DNA of 63,464 bases, filler included, from Chiloscyllium plagiosum (lineage: Eukaryota), in the NCBI RefSeq assembly GCF_004010195.1. It is 4 parts of one record of this genome, joined end to end, with 100 filler letters (N's around TTAATTAATTAA, not from the genome) between each part and the next. Parts side by side here need not be neighbours in the genome. Positions count along the whole stretch, not along the records: positions 35,022 to 51,747 come from NC_057717.1; positions 51,848 to 63,464 come from NC_057717.1; 2 more parts are not named here. One strand, written 5' to 3'. A program made the position numbers and the translations under genes. Below are positions 49,095-62,139 of this stretch, in pieces (the stretch's first letter is position 1; each line of letters opens with the position of its first letter). The notes under the pieces were generated by a model. That model was given only the letters and a program-made list of their open reading frames with translations. It made no database searches and had not been told where the DNA came from.

Positions 49095-49640
49095 CGGTAC
49101 AGATGCAGTAAAACATTCCTGATTAATCCTGGTACCCTTTGCAGAAACACAATCATTCCACTTAGCTTTCAAATCACTTACAGCAAGTGCAGACTAACTA
49201 CATATGATTCATGTACCAGGAACATGAATACCGTCTGTATCACAGAGTTCTGCAATCTCTCTCCACTTAAATTGTTAACCATTGTTTTATACTTCCATCC
49301 AAAACAGACAACTCACATTTTGCTATATCTGGATAAGGTTTGCTCACTAACCTCCCTTTGCCTATATCACAGTGATGACACACGACCTCCATTTGAAGAC
49401 ATACTGGATAACCTGCTTGATGTTTAAACTAGTTAGGCTCTAATATATCCAGTCCCTTCCTCCAGATCTTTGATACAGATATTGATCGTTGATGATCCAA
49501 AAGTGGGTTCTGAGGCACTCCACCTGTTATAGCTTTGTAATGTCAAAATAAGCATTTATCCCTACTCTATTTCCTGTTAGCAACAGCTTCCTGTAGCAGC
49601 TCACGCAGTTTAAATGGCCTCCTGTGCAGTAAAATGTACT
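49095..49640 (-). mobile_element. Highly degenerate CR1-type RT fragment
   Basis: gatacagatattgatcgttgatgatccaaaagtgggttctgaggcactccac (reverse complement resembles GVPQ..LG..LF.I.I). Confidence 0.55.
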
Positions 49641-49751
49641 CAGTGAGCTAAAATGATTAGTTCTAATTTCCTCTGTAACTCGTTAAATCGGCAAAATGAT
49701 CTCCTCCAGTCTCATAGTAGCGAAAATGACTGGCTGAATGAGAAGGCCCCC

Positions 49752-49995
49752 TATCTCTGTCACAGCGTCGAGGGGTGGATGGAGGGCACAATATATTGGG
49801 TAGTGGCACAGTATATCCCTGTAACAGCATCGAGGGTGGATTGAGGGAACAACACATTGGGTAGGGCCAGCAGTATATCTTTGTAACAGCATTGGCCGTG
49901 AATTACGAGAGTAACACATGGCGTAGGGACAGCAGCATGTCTCTGTAACAGCCTGGAGGATGGATTGAGGGAGCAACACATGGGGTAGGAGCAGC
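49752..49995. repeat. 62-bp minisatellite, 4 units
   Basis: Units start at 49752, 49814, 49876 and 49938 (tatc.ctgtaacagc..aacacat..gtagg). Confidence 0.88.
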
Positions 49996-51231
49996 CGTTG
50001 GTCATTCGGCGCCACTAGTCAGATGCACATGACTGATCCGATTGCGTTTGACCATCCGTCTCCTGTCTGTTCCCAATAAATATTGACTGTCCTGTCCAGC
50101 AAAGATCAGTGGAGCTCAGCCTTGAATATCTTCAAAAACCGAGTCTTCACTGCTCCCTCAGGATGAGGACCTTACAAATAGTACAACACTAAAGTGAAAG
50201 GGGCGACATTATTTCAATGTGGGATCTGTTATTTTAAACTATGTTAACCTAACATGAAATCGCGAACTCTTTTGAAATACAAGGACATAATAATTAGGCA
50301 TAGACATAAACTATTCAGCCCTCTAAACCTGTCCAATATTACCACTGATTCTTTTCAATCAAATATGTATTAAACTCATTCTCTGTTCCTGTCCCAGGAA
50401 GAGAATAACTGATAGCATGACACCACAGGAGCATTAAAAACGCAGATGGGCCATTGGCCCATCGACTCTGAATGCCATTTAATACTGACTTAGAGATTTC
50501 TCAACATCATTCTCCTGATTACTCCATGTTACTCTTGACATGCTTACTCATCAAAAACCTATCTATCTCTGTCTTATAAGCACTAGTGTCTGTGTCTCTG
50601 TGGGTCCGTGTGTACACTTGTGTGTATTTGTTCATGTGTCTGTGTGTTTGTGCATTTATGTGCTGACATCGGTTCATCTGTGTATTAGCCTGTGCGTTTT
50701 ACTTGTGCTTGTGTCTATTTGTGGGCGACTGTCTATGTCTCCGTATGCCACTGCTTTTGTGCGGATCTATCTCCGTGTATGCACTGTTAGTGTCAGTATA
50801 TTAGCGTGTTTACATATGTCTCTGCACATTGTTGTTTCTGTATCTCTCTGCAATGAGATATTTGTTGTTTTGGGAGGGAGAAAATTGTGAGAACCGACAG
50901 AGTGATAAAAGTGAGAATTGCCCTTCACTGAACATTGTTTTTTACTCAGATGGAGGGACATGGATGTCACGGAATCTCCAGACGACATGTCCCGGTCCAC
51001 TCCGGCTCATATCAGGGTCCTCCCCTAATGGCGGGGGATAGGGGGTGTGATGGAGGAGGGATCAGATATCGGGCACTCCACCATCTGGCTTGGCCCTTTC
51101 TTTAAGGTAGAATCACCGAAGAAAGGGCAAGTGACTTAATGAAGGTTAACATAATAAATTAAAGATTATATTAATCAAAGGAAGTGAGTTCAGAAGAATT
51201 CTAGACATTGTGGAAGCCGGAGAATTCTCAG

Positions 51232-51497
51232 AAATCTGTTTGTGTGGAGGTTGCATATTCTCCCTGTGTCTGCTTGAGTTCCCTCGGGTGCTCCGGATTT
51301 CTCCCACAGTCCAAAGATTTACAGTTCAGCTGAATTGGAAATGCTTATTTTCCAAAAGTGTTCAGGGATGTGTAGATTAGGTGCATACGTCGCAAAGAAT
51401 CGAACGGGGGTGGGTCTGGGTGGTTCCTCTTCGCAGGGGCAGGGTGGACTTGTTGGGTCCAAGGGCCTTTTCCACACTTGTGGGCTTTTAATGATTC
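51232..51497 (+). mobile_element. HE1-type V-SINE (5'-truncated)
   Basis: tgtgtggaggttgcatattctccctgtgtctgc..ctcccacagtccaaagat and a CR1-like tail. Confidence 0.88.
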
Positions 51498-52519
51498 TGT
51501 GAAAGAAGAACGTAAAGACTGCATAAATCTACAATCTCTTTTGCAATGAAAACAAAATAAAAACGAGGTCAAATGTGGAATTTTATAATCGGGAGAGGAG
51601 AGGTTATTGTGACGAACAGGGAAATGGCCACGAAAGTAACCAGTTGCTTTGCATCTGTCAACACGGAGGAAGATCCAGAAAATCGCTGAGAAATACCAAA
51701 TGATCACATGGAACTTGTGGAACTGAAGACATAAAGTCAATTCATATNNNNNNNNNNNNNNNNNNNNNNNNNNNNNNNNNNNNNNNNNNNNTTAATTAAT
51801 TAANNNNNNNNNNNNNNNNNNNNNNNNNNNNNNNNNNNNNNNNNNNNGACAAAGCTCCCACTTTCTACAGCAACTTGTGCATTTAAATTTCCAGTATTCG
51901 TAGTTATTTGTTTAATTGAAAATTTGTGCTGTGCTTATTCATTTCTGGAGAAACTCAGCAGGTCTGGAAGCATTTACAGAGACAGAGAAACAGAGTTAGC
52001 GTTTCAAGTCCAATCTGACACTTCCTCAGAAAAATGATTGGAAACTGGGCATTTTAGTCCCTTGCCAGAGGTGGGGGATAGATGACAGGGAAAAGAGGGT
52101 GCGACAACAGATAAACAGGCTTTTAGCGGTGGTGAACGAGAAGATGGTATAAAATGAGTTTAAATTAAGATGTGAATGGGGAAAAGGAGTTCTCTCTATT
52201 GAGTGCAAGATAAAGAAGACACAACCACGCATGGTCATAGGGAGGCCAGGAGGGAAAATGTTGAACATATGGTATTATATCTATCTGGCCAGAGATATAT
52301 TTTCACTGTAGAAATCATCACCGCCGACAGACAAAAGAATTCATGTGCTTGATGGCTTATTAGCAATAGTAAGATTTTCATGCTGCCTCAGTATTGTAAC
52401 ATTAAAAAAAAACAAATAACAGTCCGCAGTTTGGGCTGAGTGTTGTTTACCTGTCACTTTTAACATTGCTTCAAACTTGCAGTGCTGATCTTTAAATGCT
52501 TGTTCTTGAAGTTAGTATC

Positions 52520-53580
52520 AGATGGAGTGTAGGAGATTGAGGGGTGGGATTATAGAAATTTACAAAATCAGGGGAGGCATGGATAGGGCGAAAAGCCAAG
52601 GTCTTTTCCACAGGATAGGAAAATTAAACCAGAGAACCATAGGTTTATGGTGGAATAGGGAAGTTTTAAAAGGTAGGAAGAGGAAATTGATTTTATACAG
52701 TAGGTGACGTGTCTATGGAATGCGCTGCCAGAGGAAGACTGGCAGATGCAAGTACAGCTCCAACATTTGAAAGGCATTAGGACAAACATATGAATGGAAA
52801 CCGTTTATAGGCCTATGTACCAAATGCAAGAAGATGGGAATAGTTTAGTTTGGAAAACCTGGCCGGCATGGAGAAGTTGGACCAACGATTCTGTTTGTAC
52901 GCGGTAAGACTGTATGAATATTGAAATCAAAGAAAAAGGAAGAAAAGATGTGATGTAAGCAAATTGGCAAGAAATATAAAAACAAGCAGCACGAGCTTTT
53001 CCATGTAAGAAGGGTTCAAGAGGTGTGTGTGATCTTTGGTAGAAAGGAAGTCAGGAAGTATATTCATGACATTTGGAGTGTGTGAGGGAACTGGATACAG
53101 GGAACAGAAAGGTAATTTACACCAATATTTTACTTCGTTCCTCACAGGTGAAGGTACTGTAAGTATTTCAATGGTATAAACAAAATGGTAATAGGAGGGA
53201 AGATCCAGAACTAACAAAAGGAACAAGACATTTCTCAAACAGATGAGACCAAGGGTAAACAGATCATCAGCAATTCATAGCTCGTTTTAAGAAAAGTGGA
53301 CACAGAGTGGCAGGTGGCACTGTGTGAAATATTCCATAACTCACTATATTAAAGGAGTGTTCCAGTGAAACTGGAGACCCTCCAATGTGGCGCCTGTCTT
53401 CAAGAAACGAGCGAGACTAAAAGCCGGAACCACCTAGCCTAACCATTATTGCTGGGAATCTGTGAGAGTCTGTTAAAGTCATGTTAAAACCGAACTATAT
53501 TTTATCTGTAAAATAATTCAAATGTTTTCTCGAGATCCATTAGAATGTAACAAGCGGCCTTGATAAATGGGGACTGGTAC
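52520..53580 (+). mobile_element. CR1 3' end (52520-52920) followed by older CR1 fragments
   Basis: ECRRLRGGIIEIYKIRGGMDR (ORF 52522) and ctggagaccctccaatgtggcgcctgtcttcaagaaa (W..NV.PVFKK). Confidence 0.7.
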
Positions 53581-54647
53581 ACATAGAGTCATAGAATCAT
53601 CGAGATGTACAGCATGGAAACAGAACTTTCAGTCCAACCTGTCCATGTCAACCACATTTCCAATCTAATTCCACTTGCCAGTACCCGGCCCATATCCCTC
53701 CAAAACTTTCCTATTCATATACTCATCCAAATGTCTCTTAAATATGCAATTGTACCAGCTTCCACCACTTCCTCTGGCAACTCACTCCCATTAGGTCTCT
53801 TTTATATCTTTCCCGTCTCACCCTAAACCTATGACCTCTAGTTCTGGACTCCACGACGCCAGGGAAAAGACTTTGTCTATTTATCCTATCCATGCCCCTC
53901 ATAATTTTGTAAACCTCTATAATGTCACCCCTCAGCCTCTGACTCTCCAGGGAAAACAGCCCAGCCTGTTCAGCCTCTCCCTATAGTTCAAATCCTCCAA
54001 TCCTGGCAAAATCGTTGCAAATCTTTTCTGAACCATTTCAAGTTTCACAACATCTTTCCGATAGGAAGGAGACCAGAATTGCATGCAATATTCCAACAGT
54101 GGCCTAACCAATGTCCTGTACAGCCGCAACATGAGCTCCCAACTCCTGTACACAATACTCAGACCAATAAAGGAAAGCATCTCAAACGCCTCCTTCACTA
54201 TCGTATCTACCTGCGACTCCACTTTCAAGGAGCTATGAACAAGGCCTCTTTGTTCAGCAACACTCCCTGGGACATTTTCATGAAGTGTATAAGTCCTGCT
54301 AAGATTTGCTTTCCCAAAATGCAGCACCTCGCATTTATCTGAATTAATCTCCATCTGCCACTTCTCAGTCCATTGGCCCATCTATTCGAGATCCTGTTAT
54401 AATCTGAGAAAACCCTCTTCACTGTCCACTACACCTGCAATTTTGGTGTCATTTGCAAACTTACTAACTGTACCTCTTATGCTCACATCCAAATCATTTA
54501 TATAAATGACAAAAAGTAAAGAACCCAGCACCGATCCTTGTGGCACTCCACTGGTCACAGCTCTCAAATCTGTATCCAAATGACGAGTTCTCCCTGTATT
54601 CCGTGAGATCTAACCTTGATAATCAGTCTCCCATGGGGAACCTTGTC

Positions 54648-57128
54648 ACCATCCCCGCCCCAGAACCCTGAGACGAACTCCACCCCTGCTCATGACTCCA
54701 CCCACATTCCCCCCCCACCACGCCAACTCCGTTACATCCTCCGCCCCCACTCCCATCTCAATACCCCACACCGATTCCCAGCTCCCAGCCCTGCCGAGTT
54801 TTCACTACCCCTCCAGACCTGCCCCTCACGGTGGATGAAAGATCAGTCCATGGCAAAGGATTCACCTGTATCACCCTCTTCCCACATATCAATGAATTTA
54901 ATGCACTCCGTGATGTCAAACACTTCTTCCGCCACCTCCGTGCTCACATTTACAAACAGGTCTCCAGCCCACCTTCCGAGGACCCCTTCACCCAACTCCA
55001 ACACGCTCGATATCTGTACACCCCGTGCCAGCCTGTTACCTGCCCTCGACCTCTTCATTTCCATTTGCCGCTGGGATGTTAACCGTCTCAACCTGTCTAC
55101 CGCCCTTCCTCCATTCCAAACTCTCACCCTCACAACGTGCAGCCCTCCATTCCCACTGTTCCAATCCCGACCTCACTATTAAGACAGCATTCAAGCGGGG
55201 TGCAGTGGTAGTCTGGCGCACTGACCTCTACACTGCTGAAGCCAGACGCCATGAAGAAGTCACCTCTTCCAACCACCCCCTCGACCATGACCCCACCCCA
55301 TCACCAAACTGTCATCTCCCAGACCACACAGAAACTCATCACCTCAGGAGATCTCTCACCCACAGCTTCGAACCTCATAGTCTGGGAACCCCGCTCTGCC
55401 CGACTCTACCTCCTTCCCAAGATCCACAAGCCTGGCCAAAATGGCCGACCCATTGTCTCAGCATGCTTCTGCCCCACTGGAAACATTTCTACCTACGTCC
55501 ACACTGTCCTAACACCCCCCCAGTCCAGGAACTCCCCACATACGTTCGGGACACAACCCACCCCTCCACCTCCTCCAAGACTTCACTTTACCCGGCCCCC
55601 AATGCCTCATCTTCACCAAGGATATCAAATCCGTCTACACCTCCATCCACCATAACCATGGCCTCCAAGCCCTCCATTTCCTCCTCTCCCGACGTCCCCA
55701 ACAACACCGTTCCACCGACACTCTCATTCGTTTGGCTGAACTGGTCGTCACCCTCAACAATTTCTCCTTCGAATCCTCCCTCTTCCTCCAGACAAAAGTG
55801 GTAGACATCGGCAACCATATGGACCACAGCTGTGCCTGTCTCTGTTGGCTACGTAGAAAAGTCCATCTTACGGAGTTACACCGGCATCACTCCCCATCTC
55901 TTCCTTCACTATATTGATGAATGCATTGGCGCCACCTCGTGCTTCCACAAGGAGGTTGAGCAATTCATCAACTTCACCAACACATTCCATCCTGCTTTTA
56001 TGTTTGCCCGAAGCATCTCTGACACCTCTCTCCCCTTCCTGGACCTCGATATCTCCATTAATGACGACCGACTTGACACTGACATTGTTTATAAACCCAC
56101 CATCCCCCACAGCTTCCTGGATCACACCTCTACCCACCCTACCTCCTGCAAAACTTCAATCCCATATTCCCAATTCCTCCGCCTCACCCAGATGCCTTCG
56201 AACACATCTCATCCACATCCCGCCCCTCCGCACTCAAACCCCACCCCTTCAATTGTAACAAGGACAGAACACCCCCCCCCCCGGTGCTCATCTTCCACCC
56301 TACAAACCTTCGCATAAACCAAATCATCTGCCGACGTTTCCACCACCTCAAAACGGACCCCACCACCATGGATATATTTCCCTCGCCACTCCTTTCCACC
56401 TTCACTAAAGACCATTACCTTCATGACTACCTGGTCAGGTCCACGTCCCCCTAGAACCCACCCTGCCATCCTGGCACCTTCCCATGCCACTGCAGGAATT
56501 GCAAAACCTGAGCCAACACCTCCTCCCTCATCTCCAGCCAAGGTCCCATAGGAGCCTTCCACGTCCATCAAAATTTTACCTGAACATCCACCAATATTAT
56601 TTATTGTAACCGTTGATCCCAATGCGGTCTCCTCTACATTGGGGAGACTGGACGCCTCCTAGCAGAGGCCTTTAGGGATCATCTCCGGGACACCCGCAGC
56701 AATCAACCACACAACCCTTTGGTCCAACATTTCAACTCTCCCTCCCACTCATCCGAGAACATAGAGGTCCTGGCCTCTTTCACCGCCGCTGTCTCACCAT
56801 CCGATGCCTGGAAGAAGAACGCCTAATCTTCTGCCTCAGAACACGTCAATCCCAGGGCATCAATGTGGACTTCACCAGTTTCCTAATTTCTCCTTTCCCC
56901 CTCATTCCACCTCCAGCCTTCCAGCTCAGCACTGTCCCCATGACCTCTCCTACCTGCCTATCTTTCATTTATCTCTCCACCCTACAGGCACTCTGCCTCT
57001 ACTCTTGGTGAAGGATGTTTGCCCGAAACGTCAATTTTCGTGAACGACGGATGCTGCCTTGACTAATGTGCTTTTCCAGTACCATTCTAATCTAGAATCT
57101 GGTTTCCAGCATCTGCAGCCTTTGTTTG
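54648..57128 (+). mobile_element. Penelope-like element (RT, GIY-YIG, 3' pLTR)
   Basis: ARLYLLPKIHKP..GRPIVS, LFLHYIDE..FINFTNTFHP..LPFLDL, ctctacattggggagactgga (LYIGETG), pLTR at about 57010-57128. Confidence 0.93.
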
Positions 57129-57274
57129 AATCTTGCCAATCACCTTACCGATGTCCATATAGATCACATCTTCTGCTCTGCCCTCATCAATCTTCTTTGT
57201 TTCTTCTTCAAAAAACTCAATCTTGTTTGTAAGACATGATTTCCCACGCACAAAGCCATGTTGACGATCCCTAA

Positions 57275-57960
57275 TCAGTCCTTGCCTTTCCAAATACATG
57301 TACATCCTGTCCCTCAGTTTTTCCTCTAACAAATTTCCCACCACTGAGTTCGGGCTCACCGGTCTATTGTTCTCTGGCTTGTCTTTACCGCCCTTCCTAA
57401 ACAGTGGAATCACGTAGGCCAAACTCCAGTCTTCTAGCACCTCACCTGTGACTATCAATTTTATAAATATATCAGCAAGAGGCCCATCAATCATTTCTCT
57501 AGCTTCACATAGAGTTATCTTGTACACCTGAACAGGTCCTGGGGATTTATCCACCTTTAACCATTTAAAGACATCGAGCACTTCATCCTCTGTAATCGAG
57601 ACATTTTGCAAGGTGCAGTCAGTCCTTGCCTTTCCAAATACATATACATCCTGTCCCTCAGGATTCCCTCCAACAACTTGCCCACCACTGAGATCAAGCT
57701 CACCTGTCTATAGTTCCCTGGTTTGTCTTTACCGCCCTTCTTAAACAGTGACACAACATTTGCCAACCTCCAGTCCTCTGGCACCTCACCTGTGACTATC
57801 GATGATATAAATATCTCAGCGAGAGGCTAGCAATCACTTCTCTAGCTTCCCACAGAGTTCTCAGATACATCTGATCAGTCACTGGGGATCTATCCACCTA
57901 TAACCATTTCAAGATATCCGGCACTTCCTCCTCGGTAATCAGGGCATTTTGCAAGATGTA
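57275..57960. repeat. 344-bp tandem duplication inside the CR1 ORF2
   Basis: tcagtccttgcctttccaaatacat starts at 57275 and 57619; both units end catttttgcaag-like (g.cattttgcaag.tg). Confidence 0.9.
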
Positions 57961-59727
57961 ACCATCTATTTCCCTACCGTCTATATCTTCCATATCCTTT
58001 TCCACAGTAAATGCTGATGAAAATATTCATTTAGTATCTCCCCCATTTTCTGTGGCTCCACACAAAGGCTGCCTTGTTGATTGTTGAGGGGTCCGATTCT
58101 CTCCCAGTTATCCTTTGGTCCTTAATGTATTTGTAAAAACCCTTTGAATTCTTGTTAACTCTATTTGCCGAAGCTAAATCATGTCCCATTTTTGCCCTTC
58201 TGATTTCCCTCTTAAGTATACTCCTACTTCCTTTATACTCTTCTGAGGATTCACTCTATCTATCCTGTCTTTACCTGACATATGCTTCCTTCTTTTTCTT
58301 AACCAAACCCTCAATTTCTTTAGTCATCCAGCATTCTCGAGACCTACCAGCCTCCCCTTTCACTCTGACAGGAATATACTTTCTCTGGATTCTTGTTATC
58401 TCATTTCTGAAAGCATCCCATTTTCCAGCCGTCCCTTTACCTGCGAACATCTGCCTCCAATCAGCTTCCGAAATTGACCTTTCTCCAATTTAGAACTTCA
58501 ACTTTTTGATCTGGTCTATCCTTTTACATCACTATTTTAAAACGAATAGAATTATGGTTGCTGGCCCCAAAGTGCTCCCCCACTGACACCTCAGTCACCT
58601 GCCCTGCCTTATTTCCCAAGAGTAGGTCATGGTTTACACCTTCTCTCATAGTAGCATCCACATACAGAATCAGAAAATTGACTTGTACACACTTAATTAA
58701 TTCCTCTCCATCCTAACCTTTAACACTATGGCAGTCCCAGTCGATGTTTGGAAAGTTAAAATCCCCAACCATAACAACCCTATTATTCTTACAGATAGTT
58801 GAGATCTCCTTACAAGTTTGTTTCTCAATTTCCCTCTGAATATTAGGGGATCTATAATACAATCCCAATAAGGTGATCATCCATGTTTTTTCAATTCCAC
58901 CCAAATAACTTCCCTGGATGTATTTGCAGGAATGTCCTCCCCAGCACAGCTGTAATGATATCCCTTATTAAAATGCCACTTCCCCTCCTCTCTTGCCTCC
59001 CTTTCTATCCTTCCTGTAGCATTTGTATCCTGGAACATTAAGCTGCCAGTCCTGCACATCCCTGAGCCATGTTTCCGTAATTGCTATGAGATCCCAGTCC
59101 CATGTTCCTAACTATGCCCTCAGTTCATCTGCCTTTCCTGTTAGGCCATTTGCATTGAAATAAATGCAGTTTACTTTGTTTGTGCTACCTTGGCTCTGCC
59201 TGCCCTGACAGTCTGACTAGCTTCTGTTCTCAACTATCCCAGTCTCAGATTGCTCTCTTTCCTCACTATCTTGCAGGATCTCAAACCCCCCTCCCCTTCC
59301 CACGCCGCCACCTTACTACTTTAAATCCTCCCAAACAGTTCTAGCAAATTTCCCTGCTGGTATATTAGCCCCCTTCCAATTTAGGTGCAATCCGTCCTTC
59401 TTGCACAGGTAACTTCTACCCCAAAAGAGATTCCAATGATCCAAAAATATGAATCCTTCTCCCATACATCTGCTCTATCCTCCTATTCCTGCCCTCACTA
59501 GCTCGTAGCCCTGGGAGTAATCAGATATTACTACCCTTGAGGAGCTCATTTTTAAATTTCTGCCTAACTCTCTGTAATCTCCCTTCAGAATCTCAACCTT
59601 TTCCCTTCCTATATCGTTGGTTCCAATGTGGACAATGATCTCTTGGTGGCCCCTCTCCCTAGTGAGAACATTCTGTACCCTCTCTGAGACATCCTTGATC
59701 CGGGCACCAGGAAAACAACACACCAGG

Positions 59728-60700
59728 AAACTCATCTCTACCTACCTCGCCAATGCCCTATCCCTCCTCGTCCAGAAACTCCCCACATATGTTCGAGACA
59801 CCACCCACGCCCCCCACCTCCTCCAAGACTTCCATTTCCCCAGCCTCAATGCCTCATCTTTACCATGGATATCCAATCCCTCTACATCTACATCCGCCAT
59901 GACCAGGGCATCCAAGCCGTCCGTTCTTTCCTCTCCTAACGTCCCTAACAGTACCCTTCCACCGACACTCTCATTCGTTTAACAATTTCTCCTTTGAATC
60001 CTCCAACTTCCTCCAGACCGAAGGGGTAGCCATGGGCACACGTATGGGCCCCAGCTATGCCTGTCCCTTTGTTGGCTACGTCGAACAGTGATCTTCCGTA
60101 ATTATACCGCCACCACTACCCACCTCTTCCTCCGCTACATTGATGACTGCATTGGCGCCACCTCGTGCTCCCGTGAGGAGGTTGAGCAATTCAACTTCAC
60201 CAACACATTCCACCCTGACCTTAAATTTACCTGGACCATCTCTGACACCTCCCTCCCCTTTCTGGACCTCTCCATCTCCATTAGTGACGACCGACTTGAC
60301 ACTGACAGTTTTTACAAACTCACCGAATCCCACAGCTACCTGGATTACATCACTTCCCACCCTATCTCTTGCAAAAATGCCATCCCGTATTCCCAATTCC
60401 TCCGCCTCCGCCGTATCTGCTCCCAGGAGGATCAGTTCCACCATAGAACACACCAGATGGCCTTAGTTTCCCTTCCCACGTGGTTAAAGATGCCCTCCAT
60501 CGCATCTCGTCCACATCCCGCACCTCCGCCCTCAGACCCCACCCCTTCAACCATGACAAGGAGAGAACGCCCCGGTGCTCACCGTGCACCCTACAAACCT
60601 TTGCATAAACCAAATCATCCGCCGACATTTCTGCCACCTCCAAAAAGTCTCCACCACCAGGGATATATTTCCGTTCCCACCCCTATCCACCTTCTCATTC
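59728..60700 (+). mobile_element. Penelope-like element RT fragment
   Basis: ORF 60088-60759 LFLRYIDDCIG..LKFTWTISDTSLPFLDL..IPYSQFLRLRRICS, with GVAMGTRMGPSYA upstream. Confidence 0.93.
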
Positions 60701-60929
60701 CTGGGAAACTGGTTCATGTTGCAGAATGCTGTCGAAATGTCTTCATTTCAGCATTCTGAAATCTATGACCTTACATGAAATTGTCTTTCAAACTCCCTTT
60801 TTTTCCCTCAAACTCCTTTTGATTGTTGGTTGCTAAACTGATTTCCCCGTCATCTCTCTTTGACAGGGGCTAGGGATTACGGAATAGGCAACAAGGATTC
60901 TGTATCAGGGTGATAATGTACCCAGACGG

Positions 60930-61265
60930 TGAATTCAGAGGAAAGGGCTGTGCTTCCCAAGCAGTGTTTAAAATCCTACCACAGTCGATGTCAGAGCTTA
61001 AATTCGAATGACAAAAATTGGAATGAAACCTAATTTCATTTTTGGAAACCGGAAACCGTCTGGATTTATTTTTATTATTTCACTGATAGTCTTTGGTAAA
61101 TAATCTTAACATCATTGCCCAGTCTGATCTCAGTGTGACTCCAGACCCACAACAAAATTGTTGGCTCCATTTTGTCTTGACAAATGGCCGTGTGGTCAAG
61201 TATAATTAGTGATGGACAACAAATGCTGTCCTTGGCCGTGATGCTGGCATCCCGGAAAACAACAG
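60930..61265 (+). mobile_element. Degenerate SINE (DeuSINE/SacSINE1-like)
   Basis: gtttaaaatcctaccacag..gtgactccagacccacaac..gatggacaacaaatgctgtccttggcc..gcatccc. Confidence 0.5.
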
Positions 61266-61706
61266 CATTACAGGTGAAAGAAACCAAGGAATGGTGGGTG
61301 CTGGAGCACGAGAATAAAATTCTCCAGCGTCTGAAAGTGTTGGAGAATATCGCAGGTATGGAAGCCTCTGTCTGGGGAAATGCAGATAACGGTTTGAGTC
61401 CAGCGACCCTGTTTCACAACTGAAAGCCAGCTGGGAAATAATATTATTTATCCTGGTATCCTGGATGGTTGGGTTGGAGAGAGAGGTAGGGGCCATGTTT
61501 AAATTGAATGGATGGAGAAATGGCCAGACAAAGAGAGGAAAATAAATGAAAAGTGAGCAAAGGGATTGCTGATGATGAACTGAAAGGAAAACAAAATGGC
61601 AAGTTATTCTCACATTTCCCCATTTTCCCATATTCCTGAATATCGCGTCCATTTAGATTTGTCCCTGTTTAAAGTGAATTGGATCCCTGTATCTCTCTTC
61701 TCTGAG

Positions 61707-62060
61707 TGTGATGATAAAATCCATTAGCAATATTGGTGCTGCCCTTCGAGTTGCTGAGACATAGAGAAAGGTAATGTTACATTGTCAACTGCTTCTTTGG
61801 AGAGAGAAACTGTTACTGTGGGACTCTGTAGAGATGCAACGGCTTTCTCAGCCAGGAAGAGAAACTCAGGAGAAGAAATAAATTTCAACACTGAGCGCGT
61901 GCACATTCCGTGTGGGGAATTGACTTGTTCCTGTCATTGGAAAATCAGTGGATTTTCTGGGGAGGCTTATCTCGGGTTTGTATTGTCAGCTGCTGAGTCT
62001 GGTGACCCCACTCTATACCCTGCATTTACAGAGTGTCTGGGACATGATAAACAAATGTAG
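61707..62060 (+). pseudogene. Candidate decayed single-exon VJ-type Ig-superfamily domain
   Basis: 354-bp segment between a pyrimidine tract plus AG and a GTGAGG donor. KVMLHC (Cys 61783), W 12 codons later, YC (Cys 61984) in the same frame, and a J-like SGT..NV before the donor. Confidence 0.3.
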
Positions 62061-62139
62061 GTGAGGCTCCACAGAAAGGNNNNNNNNNNNNNNNNNNNNN
62101 NNNNNNNNNNNNNNNNNNNNNNNNNNNNNNNNNNNNNCC

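Larger units (their letters stand above)
53581..59727 (-). mobile_element. Long CR1 LINE (ORF1 SGNH-esterase part, ORF2 endonuclease-RT, 3' tail), interrupted by a PLE at 54648-57128
   Basis: ORF1 CCFPGARIKDVSER..IIVHIGTNDIG (59475-59735), VVMVGDFNFPNIDW (58713), QHGFVRGKSCLTN (57087), [20 protein letters not shown] (54397). Tail catagagtcatagaatcat. Confidence 0.95.

Noticed and set aside
50940..51030. Acceptor followed by DVTESPDDMS, resembling a V-domain N-terminus
   Set aside because: Wrong splice phase and no following Cys or Trp.
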